Positions 39,542-51,478 of a DNA stretch of 64,000 nucleotides are shown piece after piece. Position 1 is the stretch's first letter; each line of letters begins with the position of its first letter. Source of the stretch: an uncultured Nitrospinota bacterium (GTDB taxonomy: Bacteria; Tectomicrobia; Entotheonellia; J063; CAVPRW01). Below the pieces are notes generated by a model. That model saw nothing but the letters and a program-made list of their open reading frames with translations, did not search any database and had not been told where the DNA came from. The DNA lies in the NCBI GenBank assembly GCA_963707985.1, contig CAVPRW010000014.1, positions 32,001 to 96,000 of the forward strand, given 5' to 3'. The translations under genes were made by a program, and so were the position numbers.

Positions 39542-40286
39542 ATGTGTGACAAGCCAAAGCCATTCCAGGATGGTAGTCGGTTCGACCGCCGCAATTTCCT
39601 CAAAGTGCCGATAGCGGCCGCGGTGGGAGTCCTCAGTGGGAGTTTGGTTGGCAGCTTGGCCTATGCCGCGGCGCTGACTCGAGAACAACGTGACCAGATG
39701 ACGCCGGACGAAATCATCGCTGCAATGCAGCGCGGCAATGAGCGTTTTCGCAAGGGAGAGAAAGCCATGCGCAACTACCTTGCGGAACAGCAAGCCACCG
39801 TCACCGGCCAATATCCCGCGGCCATTGTCCTCAGCTGCATCGACTCGCGAGCGCCGGCCGAGGTGATCATGGACCTTGGTATCGGGGATATCTTCAACGC
39901 CCGCGTGGCCGGGAACATCGCCAACGATGACATCCTGGGCAGCATGGAGTTTGCCTGCAAAGTGGCCGGCTCAAAAGTCGTTCTGGTGATGGGCCATACA
40001 GTCGTGCGGTGCGATCAAGGGTGCCATCGAAAATGTTGAGCTGGGCTATCTCACGGGTTTGCTCGCCAAAATCCGGCCGGCGGTGCAAGCGACCGCTTTT
40101 GAGGGCGAACGCTCTTCCAAAAACCCCGCCTATGTGGACGCGGTGGCGATGAAGAATGTGGAACTCACCATGGTACAAATTCGAGGCAAGAGCGCCGTCC
40201 TCCGCGATCTCGAGTCGAAACGGGCCCTCAAGATCGTTGGGGCGATGTATAACCTCGACACGGCAACGGTAGACTTCTTCGCCTGA
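39542..40286 (+). CDS. Beta-class carbonic anhydrase, Tat-exported (frameshift near 40000)
   Basis: RRNFLK; LSCIDSR, RVAGN, GHT-x-CGA across the frameshift. Confidence 0.88.
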
Positions 40287-40390
40287 TCGGTAGAGCAGTC
40301 TTCAACACGGCGGAGCACGCCGCAGGGTGGGATCGCTGCCCTTCAGCCTGGTGGGCCGCGCTTGGGCGAGGGTCCACGGGAAGGGGTGAT

Positions 40391-42122
40391 ATGATGGTCG
40401 CTACAGCTGCCTGGTTGACTCAACTGCGACGATGGATACTGAGCCGCGCCGGCCAGTTGCTCGGATACGTGTGGCTAGGCGCCCTGGGGGGCGCGCTCCT
40501 GCTCTTTGCCCACTACGCCTCTCAACGCTCATTGAGCGTCGAGGAATACGCCTTCGCTTGCGATCCCTTCGGGTACTTACGGATGGCCAAGGAGGTCCGC
40601 CAAGCCGTTGCCAAGCACGATCTGCCGCAATTTCACCTCGAATCGGGACAGACTCGGTTGCTGATCGGGCTGATGCTGTCACGGGAGGTCCCGCTGCCGT
40701 TGTGGGAGGAAATGGTCGCGCCGCACGCGCATCACTATTTTCCGCAGGCGGGGAGCGTCGGCGTGCAGTATCCTCCCGGTACCGGGTTGATGCTAGCCCT
40801 CTTCCCTGAAGGGCAGGCAATCCACGGCCTTAATCAGGCAACCATCGTCCTATTTGTTGTGACTGGCTGCTTGCTGCTGATCATTGCGGGGAGGCACCAA
40901 GCATGGTTCTCGGCGGGGTTCGTCACCATGGCCCTATATCTTGGACTGCTCATACTGCGGAATATCGGTACCGACAGCTACTCGATCAATGCCGTTATGG
41001 CCCCGCTGTTGCTGGGGTTCTTGTGCATATTCGCAGCCTTAGGGTGGCGCTCCCGGCCCGGAAGAGGTCATGTAGCGTGGGCCGCCGCTCTTGTGGGAGG
41101 TTGCTTGATCGGCTTCACCATCATGATTCGGTTACCGATGATATTCCTGATACCGGGCCTCTTAATGCTGCTTTGGCCGCAATCATGGCGCCCATCGATT
41201 GCGGGATTTACTGTTGCCCTTCAGCCTAGGCGTCATAGTGACCGGTGTCATGCCGCTGCTCGCCTATCAACACCATATGACGGGGGCTTGGTACCTTCCC
41301 ACCTATGGGAGCGCTGACAGTGCTCCTCCAAGCCTCGGACCGCTATGGGCGAACCTCGTTTACTACCTGGGAGGCGGTCGTGGCAGTCAACACAATTGGG
41401 CGCCGCTCGTTGTCCTCGTCGGGGTCGGTGGGTTCATCACCTATGGTCCCAGGCACATGGTGACCCAGCATCACCTCAGTTGGACGCGCCTTACGGTGTC
41501 CGCGCTGATACTATGGGGACTTCCGACCCTCTATTTTCTCACACATCACATCGCAATTTCTTACTATTCGATCCCCGCCACCTTCGGAGCAGTTCTCCTA
41601 GTGGCGTTGGGTGCGTTGACCATCGAATGCTGTTCGTCGCCTACGGCCTCTTACCCTCGCTTCGCTCATGCAGGCAACTTGCGCTGGGTGGCCCTGATCT
41701 TGGCCCTCCTTCCAGGCATGGTGACGTTAATCTCCTCAGGACGGGCCTATGCTCGTGGGGTGGCACCCATCGAGAGGCCGGCGCGCCATCTGGTGCTTCC
41801 CGCCGAGTTGTCCGCCGAGCCTGCCTGGGTTTGGGCCGACTTCCTCAGCGGCACGTTTTGGTATTATGGTAAGAAGTCGGCTTTCAAGATTGGTTTCACC
41901 ATCCCCGAGACACGGGCTCTGGCGTACCGCTTTGTCTTCGAGCGTGGAGAACCCCAATACCTTGTCCGTGATAGCACGACCATGCAGGACATCATGCAGG
42001 AGATCTTGCAGATGGGAGGAGAGCTCGAGCCCCGAGGTGAAGTCTACGGACACCCCTACTTTTTGATCCACTGGCCGAGAGGAGCCCTTATCAGCGTTCC
42101 TGTGCGCGACCCTGCTTCATAG
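40391..42122 (+). CDS. Polytopic membrane protein, GT-C glycosyltransferase-like (frameshift near 41200)
   Basis: CDPFGY, QYPPG, multiple TM segments; ORFs 40391-41317 and 41199-42122 join. Confidence 0.55.
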
Positions 42123-42338
42123 GCCGAGGAACAATGGTCGCATACTCACCACTGGCCCCACCGATCGAATGTGGGGGGCCATCTTCACACCCACTGTTGT
42201 GGCACGATTTTCCGTTCGATCGCCGTGGAGATGCCTCGATTTCACGGTGCCCGAAAGGAGGGAACCGCCTTGATCGGCAGCACCAAAACCCGCGCTCGGG
42301 GACAGGCTATGGTCCAAATCCGAAGTTGATTGCCCTGA

Positions 42339-43970
42339 TCACACCGGTGTTTCCCGATAAAATAATAAAACCAGGCCGATCAACAGGAGGGCCGACAGCG
42401 AGACCACACCTGCCAGGCGTCCGGCCGGTGGCGTCAATCGCAACTCGAGCCAGCGACCACAGGCCAAGATGACCGCCAACAGGCCAATGACGTTATGCGT
42501 GATCTGGATCAAAAACTCTTCTTTTGGCTGCAGGCCCTCATGCACATGTCCAAGCAGGAGGAGTCCTCCCACGGCACACAGCACGGGGATGACGTAGGGT
42601 AGACGAGAACCGCGCTCGCACCTGAGGCGTGCTTGCCACTCGATCAGGCCCAATGCACAGGCGAACAAGGCGCCGAGACGATGCAGCAGGATTTCATCGC
42701 TGGATAATAACCCCTCCCAGAAGCCTACCTGCCCGAACGGCCAGGAGCTTCTCCCCTCACTGTGTACCAGGATAAATAGGCTGAGGGCGACAAATCCCAA
42801 CGGCCAGTGCCGGGTCCAGGAGGCCCATCCCAACTGGGACCCCATGGCCGCCAGGGCCATGAGGACCAGAAACAGGCCGGAGACATTGTGGTTATAGTCA
42901 GACCAGCGCGTTTCCTCGTCATCGCTGCTGTCCAGGCCCGTGAATTCCTTGCCGGAGGGGGCCACCACCGCTTCGACATAGGCAGGGTCTATCAAACGCG
43001 GCACTTTGGGCCGGAAGACCTCGGAAAGTTCGGCCCAGGTAGCTTGCTGATCCTCCATATCGATGGCAGGGGGCTGGGTGGCCAGGCTGACGGCAGCGGC
43101 CAGCGTGGCGATCAACAGCAGCGTCTCCACCTCCACATAATAAGGCACACGCTGAAAGACACCCCCGGCACCATCACTGGGAAGGCGATGACGAGCGGCG
43201 CAGAAGTTGAGCGCGGCGAAACACAGGGCCGTCCCCAACAGTGCTACCTTGACCAGCACCATGGCCCCGTAGTCTGTGCCAATCAGGCCCTGCCAGGTGC
43301 CGATGTAGCCCCAGGCCAGCGGGACTCCAGTGGCCACTACCCCTAGCACCGCTGGACCACCGACCCAGGCGAAGCTCTTCAGCAACGCGGGCCACAGCGG
43401 TTTCAGGTGCGGTCGCTTACAGAGAAACCGCCACAGCAGGCCCAACTGGATGATCCCACCTAACCAGATGGCCACGGCTAGCTGATGCAGTGCGGTAAGC
43501 GTCATGAGCGTCGAGCGCGCCTCGCTACGCCCGACTGCGTGCGATAACCAGGCTCCATTGGCCGCCAGGAGTGCAGCTATCAGTCCTGTGAGCAGCCAGG
43601 GGAGTCGGGATCGCGGGCGCCGCCCCAGCCACAGACCCGCCATCCCCAGGCCCCCTGCCACCAGCGCACGACTAAGGCCGGCCTGGCACTGCAGCGTATA
43701 GACGTAGTCCGGAAATGGCCAGCGTTGAAACGCTTCTGCGAGGAGCCACGCATGCGTCACGAGCTTGGCCAGTTGCGCCACCACCATCCCCAGAGCACCC
43801 CAACGCATCAGCGCCAAGCTCTGGGAGGCGAGACCGCTTTCTGCTGGCAGGCCATCCCTCCAGGGCTTGAGCAGCAGCAGACTCCATACCATTCCCCCCA
43901 TGGCGCAGGCATAGGTGATGAGTAGCAGGTTCTTGAGAAACATGTCGAGCATGTTGGCTAGCGCTTGCAT
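42339..43970 (-). CDS. CopD-family copper resistance membrane protein
   Basis: SHAVGR, HQLAVAIWLGG, YGAMVLVK, WSDYNHN. Confidence 0.8.
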   Translation of the reverse strand: MQALANMLDMFLKNLLLITYACAMGGMVWSLLLLKPWRDGLPAESGLASQSLALMRWGALGMVVAQLAKLVTHAWLLAEAFQRWPFPDYVYTLQCQAGLSRALVAGGLGMAGLWLGRRPRSRLPWLLTGLIAALLAANGAWLSHAVGRSEARSTLMTLTALHQLAVAIWLGGIIQLGLLWRFLCKRPHLKPLWPALLKSFAWVGGPAVLGVVATGVPLAWGYIGTWQGLIGTDYGAMVLVKVALLGTALCFAALNFCAARHRLPSDGAGGVFQRVPYYVEVETLLLIATLAAAVSLATQPPAIDMEDQQATWAELSEVFRPKVPRLIDPAYVEAVVAPSGKEFTGLDSSDDEETRWSDYNHNVSGLFLVLMALAAMGSQLGWASWTRHWPLGFVALSLFILVHSEGRSSWPFGQVGFWEGLLSSDEILLHRLGALFACALGLIEWQARLRCERGSRLPYVIPVLCAVGGLLLLGHVHEGLQPKEEFLIQITHNVIGLLAVILACGRWLELRLTPPAGRLAGVVSLSALLLIGLVLLFYRETPV

Positions 43971-44690
43971 GAGCTGCTCCCGGTGACGGGCTAAAGACCG
44001 TGACGGTCAACCTCGCTGTCACACAACCCAAGGTCTCAGCCTGGCCGACCACCCGCTGGAACCCGTCGCCGCCTCTGGCCATGAGCCTTGCATGTGAATT
44101 CATGTGAGATTATCGATGATGGAATGGGAAGGTCATGGGAAGGAATGCTTCACCATCTGCACCGTCTCGCGAGGAGCCGATCCGGAATTGCGAAGGTTGG
44201 GCAGCTGGTGACACACCTCGTCGGTCATTTCGCCATCCGTCGGTTAGTCATGCCGGGGCACGTCGTTGTCAATTTCACTGTCCGCATACCTTTGCCCCCG
44301 CGTCGCTTCCGGTGCGTGACTGTAGTATACCTCTAGGGCGTTGGAAGCCAGAAGGACCGAGAAAATGTAACAGAGGGTTGTGCGCATGTCCAGCGGAAAG
44401 TCAGGCGCTCTGGCCTTTTAAGGGGCTTCGAACAGCGTCGATCGACCCCTCGCGCAGCTTCTGCCAACAGGCGTTAGCTGCTGACGATCTCCACTTCCTG
44501 GCATTTACGAAAGGCATCGCAAGAATCATCAAAGAAATGAGCATTGACGGAGTTCGAATCGTGCTCCAGAATATCTCCGACCCAAGGAGGCCTTGATCAG
44601 CAGGCACCCGACCTGCCGGACCAACAGCCCTGAAGAGCAATGAGCTCGTCGTGAAAGAACCGTTTTCGACCGTCCGAGGGAGCACCGAAC

Positions 44691-45467
44691 ATGGGGTTTG
44701 TTTTTGACCTGGTGACGTTGGCCGGTGGATTGTTTGCCGGCATGCTGGTCCTCCTGGAGATGGGTCGGCGCCTCGGCCTGCGGCGGATTGTGCCGGACTC
44801 CGACTCTGCGCGGGCGGGGTTCGGTGTGGTGGAAGGGGCCATCTTTGCCCTGATGGGGCTGCTGGTCGCGTTCACGTTTTCGGGGGCTGCCTCCAGGTTC
44901 GATATGCGGCGTCACCTGGTGGTCGAGGAGGCCAACGCCATTGGCACGGCATACCTGCGGCTCGACCTGTTACCGGTAAGTACGCAAACCGCGCTGCGGG
45001 AGAGTTTTCGGCAATACGTGGAGGCACGGCTGGAGACGTATCGGAAGCTGCCCGATATCGTTGCGGCCAAGCAAGCGATGGCCCAGGCCACCCTGTTACA
45101 GGGACAGATTTGGAGCCAGGCGCTTGCCGCCTGCCAGGAGGCCCCCCAACCAGCGACTATGCTGCTGCTGCCGGCGTTGAACGCGATGATCGATATTACG
45201 ACCACCCGGAGCGTGGCGACTCAAATACACCCGCCACAGGTGATCTTCGTCATGCTCTGCGTGCTGGCGCTGGCAAGCTCGCTGCTGGCGGGATATAGCA
45301 TGGCTGGAGGACGGCCGAGTAGTTATTGGATTCATATGCTCGTCTTCGCAGTGATCATGGCCTTGACGGTGTACGTGATCCTTGACCTCGAATACCCGCG
45401 TTTGGGATTGATCCGGGTTGACGCCGTCGATCAAGTACTCGTTGACCTTCGGGACAGCATGAAGTAG
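44691..45467 (+). CDS. DUF4239 / bestrophin-like membrane protein
   Basis: LLVAFTFS, EEANAIGTAYLR, ILDLEYPR. Confidence 0.8.
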   Translation: MGFVFDLVTLAGGLFAGMLVLLEMGRRLGLRRIVPDSDSARAGFGVVEGAIFALMGLLVAFTFSGAASRFDMRRHLVVEEANAIGTAYLRLDLLPVSTQTALRESFRQYVEARLETYRKLPDIVAAKQAMAQATLLQGQIWSQALAACQEAPQPATMLLLPALNAMIDITTTRSVATQIHPPQVIFVMLCVLALASSLLAGYSMAGGRPSSYWIHMLVFAVIMALTVYVILDLEYPRLGLIRVDAVDQVLVDLRDSMK

Positions 45468-45586
45468 GGGGCACTATTGCTCAATTGACGCTTCCCCGGT
45501 GCGCTGTTATACTCGGGCCGATAGCTGGTATGCGTCGTGTCTATGCCCAAATTTCCGTCTGCTGTCGATGATCTCTGGAGGTATGT

Positions 45587-45871
45587 ATGATCGGTGTGTT
45601 GACCCATCACTGGGCGAAACCAGACAAAGTTGACGAGGCTAAGAAGCTTCTGGATGGCAACGGCATGGCCCAGAGCAAGGCTCCGGGGTTCGTGAGCCGC
45701 CAGACCTTATACGCCCACAATGATCCCACCAAGATCACCACACTGGTGGTCTGGGACAGCAATGACATCTATGATCAGTGGCGTGCCAGTCCCGAACGCG
45801 CTGTGGCCATGAAAGGCGCTGACGCCCTATGGTCGAAACCTCCCGAAGGAGAGCGCTTCGAAGTGGTGTAA
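45587..45871 (+). CDS. Antibiotic biosynthesis monooxygenase (ABM) domain protein
   Basis: 94 aa, APGFVSR...W...WRASPE. Confidence 0.75.
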   Translation: MIGVLTHHWAKPDKVDEAKKLLDGNGMAQSKAPGFVSRQTLYAHNDPTKITTLVVWDSNDIYDQWRASPERAVAMKGADALWSKPPEGERFEVV

Positions 45872-45958
45872 CCGCAGATGCACGCAGCTCGATGCAGATA
45901 CCTGGGGACCCTCACTACGTCCATCCGTGTGTATCTGCGGTGCTAGGAGGCAAGAGCT

Positions 45959-47287
45959 ATGACCTTACCCCACGCCCTAGCGGGCGTCAGGGTGCTCGAT
46001 TTTACCTGGGTCAGAGCTGGGCCCTGGGCGACGCGCTGGTTAGGGGCCTTTGGTGCTGACATCATCAAAATCGAGTGGCCGGAGCGCCTGGACATATTGC
46101 GCAGCAATCGCACCACGATTCCTCCTGGCATGGAGCCTGGCCCGAACGCGCCCGGCCAGTTCGCCGACACCAATGTCAACAAGCTGGGTCTGACCATCAA
46201 CGTCCGCACGCCACGCGGCCTTGAGCTGATCAAACGGCTGCTCACCATCTCCGATGTGGTCATCGAGAATTTCAGCTCGCGAGTCATGCGCACCTGGGGT
46301 ATCGGCTACGACGTCATGCAGCAGCTTAAGCCCGATATCATTTACGTCTCGATGGCTGGCTTCGGCCAGACCGGGCGCCACCACCACTACACGACCATGG
46401 GCCCGTCGGCGCAGGCCCTGTCGGGCCAGACATTTCTCTCAGGCCTTCCCGGCAAACCTCCTGCCGGCTGGGGTTGGTCATATCTGGATGATACCGGTGG
46501 CATGTACGGTGCCATGTGCGTCCTCACCGCCTTACACCACCGCAATGCGACCGGCCATGGACAGCATGTCGACCTATCGCAGATGAGCGCCGGCATTACG
46601 CTGACCGGTTCCGCCTTTCTCGATCATACGGTGAATGGTCGCGCCGCACGTCGTGAGGGGTATCCCCCAGGGAATCGCACGGTATGGCCCGGCACACCCC
46701 CGGTCAACAGCTACCGAGGCCCCACCATGGCACCGCACAACGCCTACCGTACTCATGGTGGTGGACACAACGACTGGTGCGTTGTCGCCTGCTTTTCCGA
46801 TGCGGAGTGGCAGACCCTGGTCGATCTCATGGGCCGTCCTGGTTGGGCGATAGAGGCGAAGTTCGGGAATCTGTCGGGACGCCTGCAATATCAGGAGGAG
46901 CTGGACCAGGGCATCGAGCGCTGGACACAAACGCTGGAGAAATACGAGCTGACGGAGAAGTGCCAGGCCGCTGGCGTACGTGCGATGCCGGTGCAAAGCG
47001 CTGAGGACCGGGTTGAACATGACCCCCAGCTCAAGGCCCGTGGCATGTATCCCGAGGTGGACCATCCACTACTGGGTCGACGCAAGGTCCAGAACGTCCC
47101 CTTCAAGCACTCGACAACACCCGCGACCGTGCACAGGCCGGCGCCGCTCATCGGACAACACACCAGACACGTCATGCAAGAGTTGCTCGGCCTCAGCCTT
47201 GACGACATCAAGGCGGGATACACCGACGGCACCTTCTGGCCCAAGGACATGCCACTGTATGCCTATCTCGAGGAGACGCTGCGATGA
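45959..47287 (+). CDS. CaiB/BaiF CoA-transferase
   Basis: LAGVRVLDFT, GADIIKIE, DVVIENF, YLDDTGG. Confidence 0.92.
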   Translation: MTLPHALAGVRVLDFTWVRAGPWATRWLGAFGADIIKIEWPERLDILRSNRTTIPPGMEPGPNAPGQFADTNVNKLGLTINVRTPRGLELIKRLLTISDVVIENFSSRVMRTWGIGYDVMQQLKPDIIYVSMAGFGQTGRHHHYTTMGPSAQALSGQTFLSGLPGKPPAGWGWSYLDDTGGMYGAMCVLTALHHRNATGHGQHVDLSQMSAGITLTGSAFLDHTVNGRAARREGYPPGNRTVWPGTPPVNSYRGPTMAPHNAYRTHGGGHNDWCVVACFSDAEWQTLVDLMGRPGWAIEAKFGNLSGRLQYQEELDQGIERWTQTLEKYELTEKCQAAGVRAMPVQSAEDRVEHDPQLKARGMYPEVDHPLLGRRKVQNVPFKHSTTPATVHRPAPLIGQHTRHVMQELLGLSLDDIKAGYTDGTFWPKDMPLYAYLEETLR

Positions 47288-48564
47288 GCGCGGCGACCGA
47301 TTCGGGAGCGCACGGTCGCCTTCCTGGCCCCCTGGCAGGGCTTCGAGTGCTGGAATTGGCCGATGAAAAAGGCCAGTTCTGCGGCAAGTTGATGGCCGAT
47401 TTGGGGGCGGATGTCGTCAAAATCGAGCCCCCCGGTGGCCACCGCACGCGGACCGTGGGACCGTTTCTGCATGATATCCCGCATCGGGAACGCAGCTTGT
47501 CGTTCTGGCACTACAACACTTCCAAGCGGGGGATGACGCTCAATCTGGAAACGTTGGAGGGCAAGGACCTGTTCCGACGCCTTGTGCCGTCGACCGATAT
47601 CCTCCTGGAAACTGAGGCCCCTGGATATTTGCCGAGCCTGGGACTGGGGTATGAAGCCCTGGCGCCTCTGAACCCCAGGCTCATCATGTGTTCGCTGACG
47701 CCATTTGGCCAGACCGGACCGTGGCGCGATTATCAGACCTCGGACCTGTTGCACCTGGCCGCGGGTGGGCAGATGGGCTGCTGTGGCTACGACCCTGAGG
47801 ATGTTCCCGATGCCCCGCCAATTGCACCCGGTGGCGGCAACGCCTGGCACATCGGCAGCCATTTCGCGTATATCGCCATCATGGCGGCGGTGTGTTATCG
47901 GGACATGTCCGGCGTGGGGCAATATCTCGATGCCTCTGTACACGAGGCCTGTGCGCTGACCACGGAAGCGGCGATTCCCACCTACATCTACACGGGCCAG
48001 GTCGTGCAGCGTCAGACCGGACGCGCCGCCGCGGTCGAGAAGTCCGAACCGACGCAGTACATCACCCGCGACGGCGCCTGGCTCAACACCACGCGCTCGG
48101 GATTCAATCTCACCCCGGCGCGGCTGCGCCACCTGGCCGAGTGGATGGACCAGTACGGCCTGGCTCAGGACCTCCTGGACGAGAAATACCAAAGCGTCGC
48201 CACGATTCAAGCCCACGTCTCCCACATTGCCGCGGCGCTCGAGACCTTCTTCGCCCGCATCCCCTTGGAAGAGGCCTGGCACGGTGGGCAGGAGCTGGGT
48301 CTGCCGTGGGGTGCCATCCGCTCCATGGATGAGATTATTACGGACCAACATCTCCAGGACCGCGCATTTTTCACTGAAGTATTCCATCCTGAGCTCGGGC
48401 GAAGCTATACATATCCAGGGCCAGCTGCGCTGTATAGCCAATCTCCCTGGCGTATTTCCCGCCGCGCCCCGCTCATTGGCGAGCACAACGTTGAGATCTT
48501 CTGTGGCGAGCTGGGACTGAGCCCGGCCGAGCTGGTGGTGTTAGCAGAGTCTGGGGTGATCTAG
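47284..48564 (+). CDS. CaiB/BaiF CoA-transferase, second subunit
   Basis: LAGLRVLEL, LGADVVKIEPP, APLIGEHN. Confidence 0.9.
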   Translation: MSAATDSGAHGRLPGPLAGLRVLELADEKGQFCGKLMADLGADVVKIEPPGGHRTRTVGPFLHDIPHRERSLSFWHYNTSKRGMTLNLETLEGKDLFRRLVPSTDILLETEAPGYLPSLGLGYEALAPLNPRLIMCSLTPFGQTGPWRDYQTSDLLHLAAGGQMGCCGYDPEDVPDAPPIAPGGGNAWHIGSHFAYIAIMAAVCYRDMSGVGQYLDASVHEACALTTEAAIPTYIYTGQVVQRQTGRAAAVEKSEPTQYITRDGAWLNTTRSGFNLTPARLRHLAEWMDQYGLAQDLLDEKYQSVATIQAHVSHIAAALETFFARIPLEEAWHGGQELGLPWGAIRSMDEIITDQHLQDRAFFTEVFHPELGRSYTYPGPAALYSQSPWRISRRAPLIGEHNVEIFCGELGLSPAELVVLAESGVI

Positions 48565-48746
48565 GCCGAGCGCACTGGCGTCGTTGGAGGTCAAGCCTGC
48601 TCGCCCTCCAGGCCCTGCATGGCTCGCGAGTGTTCCATGGGCTCGGTCACCGCATCCGGATGACGGATCCGACGTCATCGGTCCGGTAGGATGCGATGGT
48701 CTTGAGCAACGGCTCTGGGCCCACCGGCCTGTGCCGGTGCAGGCGC

Positions 48747-49973
48747 TTATCGGCTTGATTCCTCGTCATCTCGCTCGACGGCCAACGCCACCGCCTCGCC
48801 ACCTCCGAGGCACAGGCAGGCAATGCCGCGTGACAAATGGCGATCGTGCAGCGCATAAAGCAGGGTGGTGAGCAAACGTGCCCCCGTGGCCCCGAGCGGA
48901 TGCCCCAGGGCAATCCCCCCGCCATGGACGTTGACCTTCTCCCAATCCCATCCGAGGCCAGCCAAGGCTTGGCCGTTGGCCAGCATCTGCGCCGCGAAGG
49001 CCTCGTTGATCTCGATGAGGTCGACCTCGGCCAGCGTCCAGCCAACTTTGTCGAGCAAGCGTGGGATGGCCTTGGCGGGGGCATCGAAAATGTACTTGGG
49101 CTCGACCGCGGCCTGGGCGTATCCGACAATGCGCGCTAGTGGCTGCATGCCCAGATCATGGGCCGTGGAGGCGCTGGCCACGACGAGAGCCGCAGCTGCA
49201 TCGTTGAGGCCGGGGGCATTGCCGGCCGTGACGCGTCCATGCGGGCTGAAAGCCGGCTGAAGCTGGGCCAACGCTGCCAGGGAAGTGTCCCGACGCGGCG
49301 CTTCATCCGCTGTCACCACCGCCACCTGTCCTCTGGCGTCCTTGACGGTGACAGGTACGATCTCAGCCTTGAACCTGCCGGTATCCATCGCTGCAATGGC
49401 TTTCTGGTGGCTGGCCAGTGCATATCGATCCATGGCCTCGCGTGTGATCCCATACGTCTCCGCGATGAACTCCGCCGCATGGCCCATGGCCCAGCCTTCA
49501 AACGCGCACGAGAGGCCATCGACGAGGAGAGCGTCGCGCAGCTCGACATGGCCATAACGCAACTGATTTAGTCGACCCTGCACCAGATGGGGAGCCTGAC
49601 TCATGCTTTCCACTCCACCGGCGACGAAAAGTTGGCCATCACCGGCGCGAATCGACTGGGCAGCGAGGATCACCGCTTTGAGGCTGGCCCCGCAAACCTT
49701 ATTGATGGTCATGGCTCCCACGCTTGTGGGCAGTCCGCCATCGATGGCACATTGCCGGGCGATGTTCTGGCCCAGGCCTGCCGACACGACATTACCCATC
49801 AACACTTCATCGATCTCTGCCAGGTCTCGTAGCTGCGCCCGTTGCACGGCAGCCCGGACGACCGTGGCCCCGAGGTCTCTGGCGGATACCTGACTCAACG
49901 CGCCTTGGAGGCGACCAACGGCGGTGCGCACAGCGCTCAAGATGACGACCGTCGGCAATCCATTGGTACGCAT
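48747..49973 (-). CDS. Acetyl-CoA C-acyltransferase (thiolase)
   Basis: NKVCGAS, NEAFA, GHPLGATG, CLGGG. Confidence 0.95.
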   Translation of the reverse strand: MRTNGLPTVVILSAVRTAVGRLQGALSQVSARDLGATVVRAAVQRAQLRDLAEIDEVLMGNVVSAGLGQNIARQCAIDGGLPTSVGAMTINKVCGASLKAVILAAQSIRAGDGQLFVAGGVESMSQAPHLVQGRLNQLRYGHVELRDALLVDGLSCAFEGWAMGHAAEFIAETYGITREAMDRYALASHQKAIAAMDTGRFKAEIVPVTVKDARGQVAVVTADEAPRRDTSLAALAQLQPAFSPHGRVTAGNAPGLNDAAAALVVASASTAHDLGMQPLARIVGYAQAAVEPKYIFDAPAKAIPRLLDKVGWTLAEVDLIEINEAFAAQMLANGQALAGLGWDWEKVNVHGGGIALGHPLGATGARLLTTLLYALHDRHLSRGIACLCLGGGEAVALAVERDDEESSR

Positions 49974-50094
49974 AGCCACCACTCTTTCTTCGCGCACAAG
50001 CAAATCAATAGTGTGAACGGTGAGGACTCGCTACCCGAGGCTCGTGCGTCCCATTCTCAGGCTGAAAGCCGTACCCATCCGCGCCTCTCAGGGC

Positions 50095-51342
50095 TCAGGC
50101 CTCAATCTTGGGGTCGAGACCTAGCGTCACTTTGCCAATATACTCGAACGCCTCAGTCGGCGAGAATGGTTGCATAAAGGGCCCCGCCCGGACATCGCGA
50201 TACAGTCGCGACAGGGGATGCCGACTCAAATAACCGGCGCCCCCGGAAGCCGTCAAGGCTCGGTCTACGATATCGATCGCCTTGCGATTGACGAACCACT
50301 TGGCGCATTGCAGGTCCTTCATCAATGCGTGCAGCTCATGGAGGCCGATACCTTCAGCGGGATGCTGACTGAAGAGCATATCTGCCGTCATTGCGGTGCG
50401 CCCCAGGATGGCGCGTGAGGCCGCCAGGTCGATCTCGATCTCGGCAATCAGATGTTGGATTGGGTAACGCTCCGCCAGCATACGGCCGCTCGGCCCTTTG
50501 CGCCGAGTCTTGACGGCCTCCACGCTCAGGTCGCGGGCCGCCTCTGCGATACCGAGAAAGACGCCGGCCAGCCCGGTGGCAATAATCAGGTTGCCAGTCA
50601 GATACGGTTCCGACCACTCGCCCCAGACCCCGAGATCCAGGAGCGCTGCGTCCGGCAGAAAACAATTGGTCAAGATCACATCGTGGCTGCCAGAGCCTCG
50701 CATGCCCAGGGCATCCCAGGTGTGTTTGATCTCCAGCCCAGGGTTATCATGGGGAATGCTGGCCATGGCTAGACGCTCGTCGCCACGGTCGTCCTTGAAA
50801 CGAAAGGAGAGATCGAGAAGCTGGGCCGCTGGCGACATGGTGGCAAAGATCTTGCGCCCATTCAGTAGCCAGCCCCCAGCTGTTTTGGTGGCGTCCACTT
50901 GGGGATGGAGGATATCCGTGCCTGCCTCGGAGACACAGGCGCACATGAGCAACTGGCCAGCACCGATCCGGCGCAGGCGCCGCTCCAGCCCAGCGGCATA
51001 GGCTACATCGCCTGTCGCCTTGGCGGCTTCCCACAGGCGCGTCATACGCCAGGGGCGAAAAATGTGCATGTTGGCCGCGATGGCGGTTGAGCCATCACCG
51101 CGACCGAGTCGACTCATGCCCAGCATGTAATCATGCACCGACCTGACGCCGAGCCCTCCTAATTCCTCCGGAACGCAGGCAGCCATAGCGCCACTCTGTT
51201 GCAGAGCGGCGATGTTCTCAAAGGGAAAGCTGCCGTCACGGTCGTGTTCGACAGCGCGGCTGGCAAAGTCCGCCGCATGTTGCTCAGCGAGCGCAACAAA
51301 GCGCTGGCCTGGTTGCGTTAATGGTTGCAAGGCGAAATCCAT
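50095..51342 (-). CDS. Acyl-CoA dehydrogenase family protein
   Basis: LNGRKIFAT, WDALGMRGSGSH, LSRLYRDVRAG. Confidence 0.9.
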   Translation of the reverse strand: MDFALQPLTQPGQRFVALAEQHAADFASRAVEHDRDGSFPFENIAALQQSGAMAACVPEELGGLGVRSVHDYMLGMSRLGRGDGSTAIAANMHIFRPWRMTRLWEAAKATGDVAYAAGLERRLRRIGAGQLLMCACVSEAGTDILHPQVDATKTAGGWLLNGRKIFATMSPAAQLLDLSFRFKDDRGDERLAMASIPHDNPGLEIKHTWDALGMRGSGSHDVILTNCFLPDAALLDLGVWGEWSEPYLTGNLIIATGLAGVFLGIAEAARDLSVEAVKTRRKGPSGRMLAERYPIQHLIAEIEIDLAASRAILGRTAMTADMLFSQHPAEGIGLHELHALMKDLQCAKWFVNRKAIDIVDRALTASGGAGYLSRHPLSRLYRDVRAGPFMQPFSPTEAFEYIGKVTLGLDPKIEA

Positions 51343-51478
51343 AACAGCCCTCCTTGGCTTCCCACCTTTTTTTTACGAGAATAGGGTATGATAGTCAATC
51401 TCTTCTTCTGGCGCGAGGGGCACAAGACTACCCCGCCTCGACCTACACTGCATCAGATCCGTCAAGAGGGCCTCGTTC

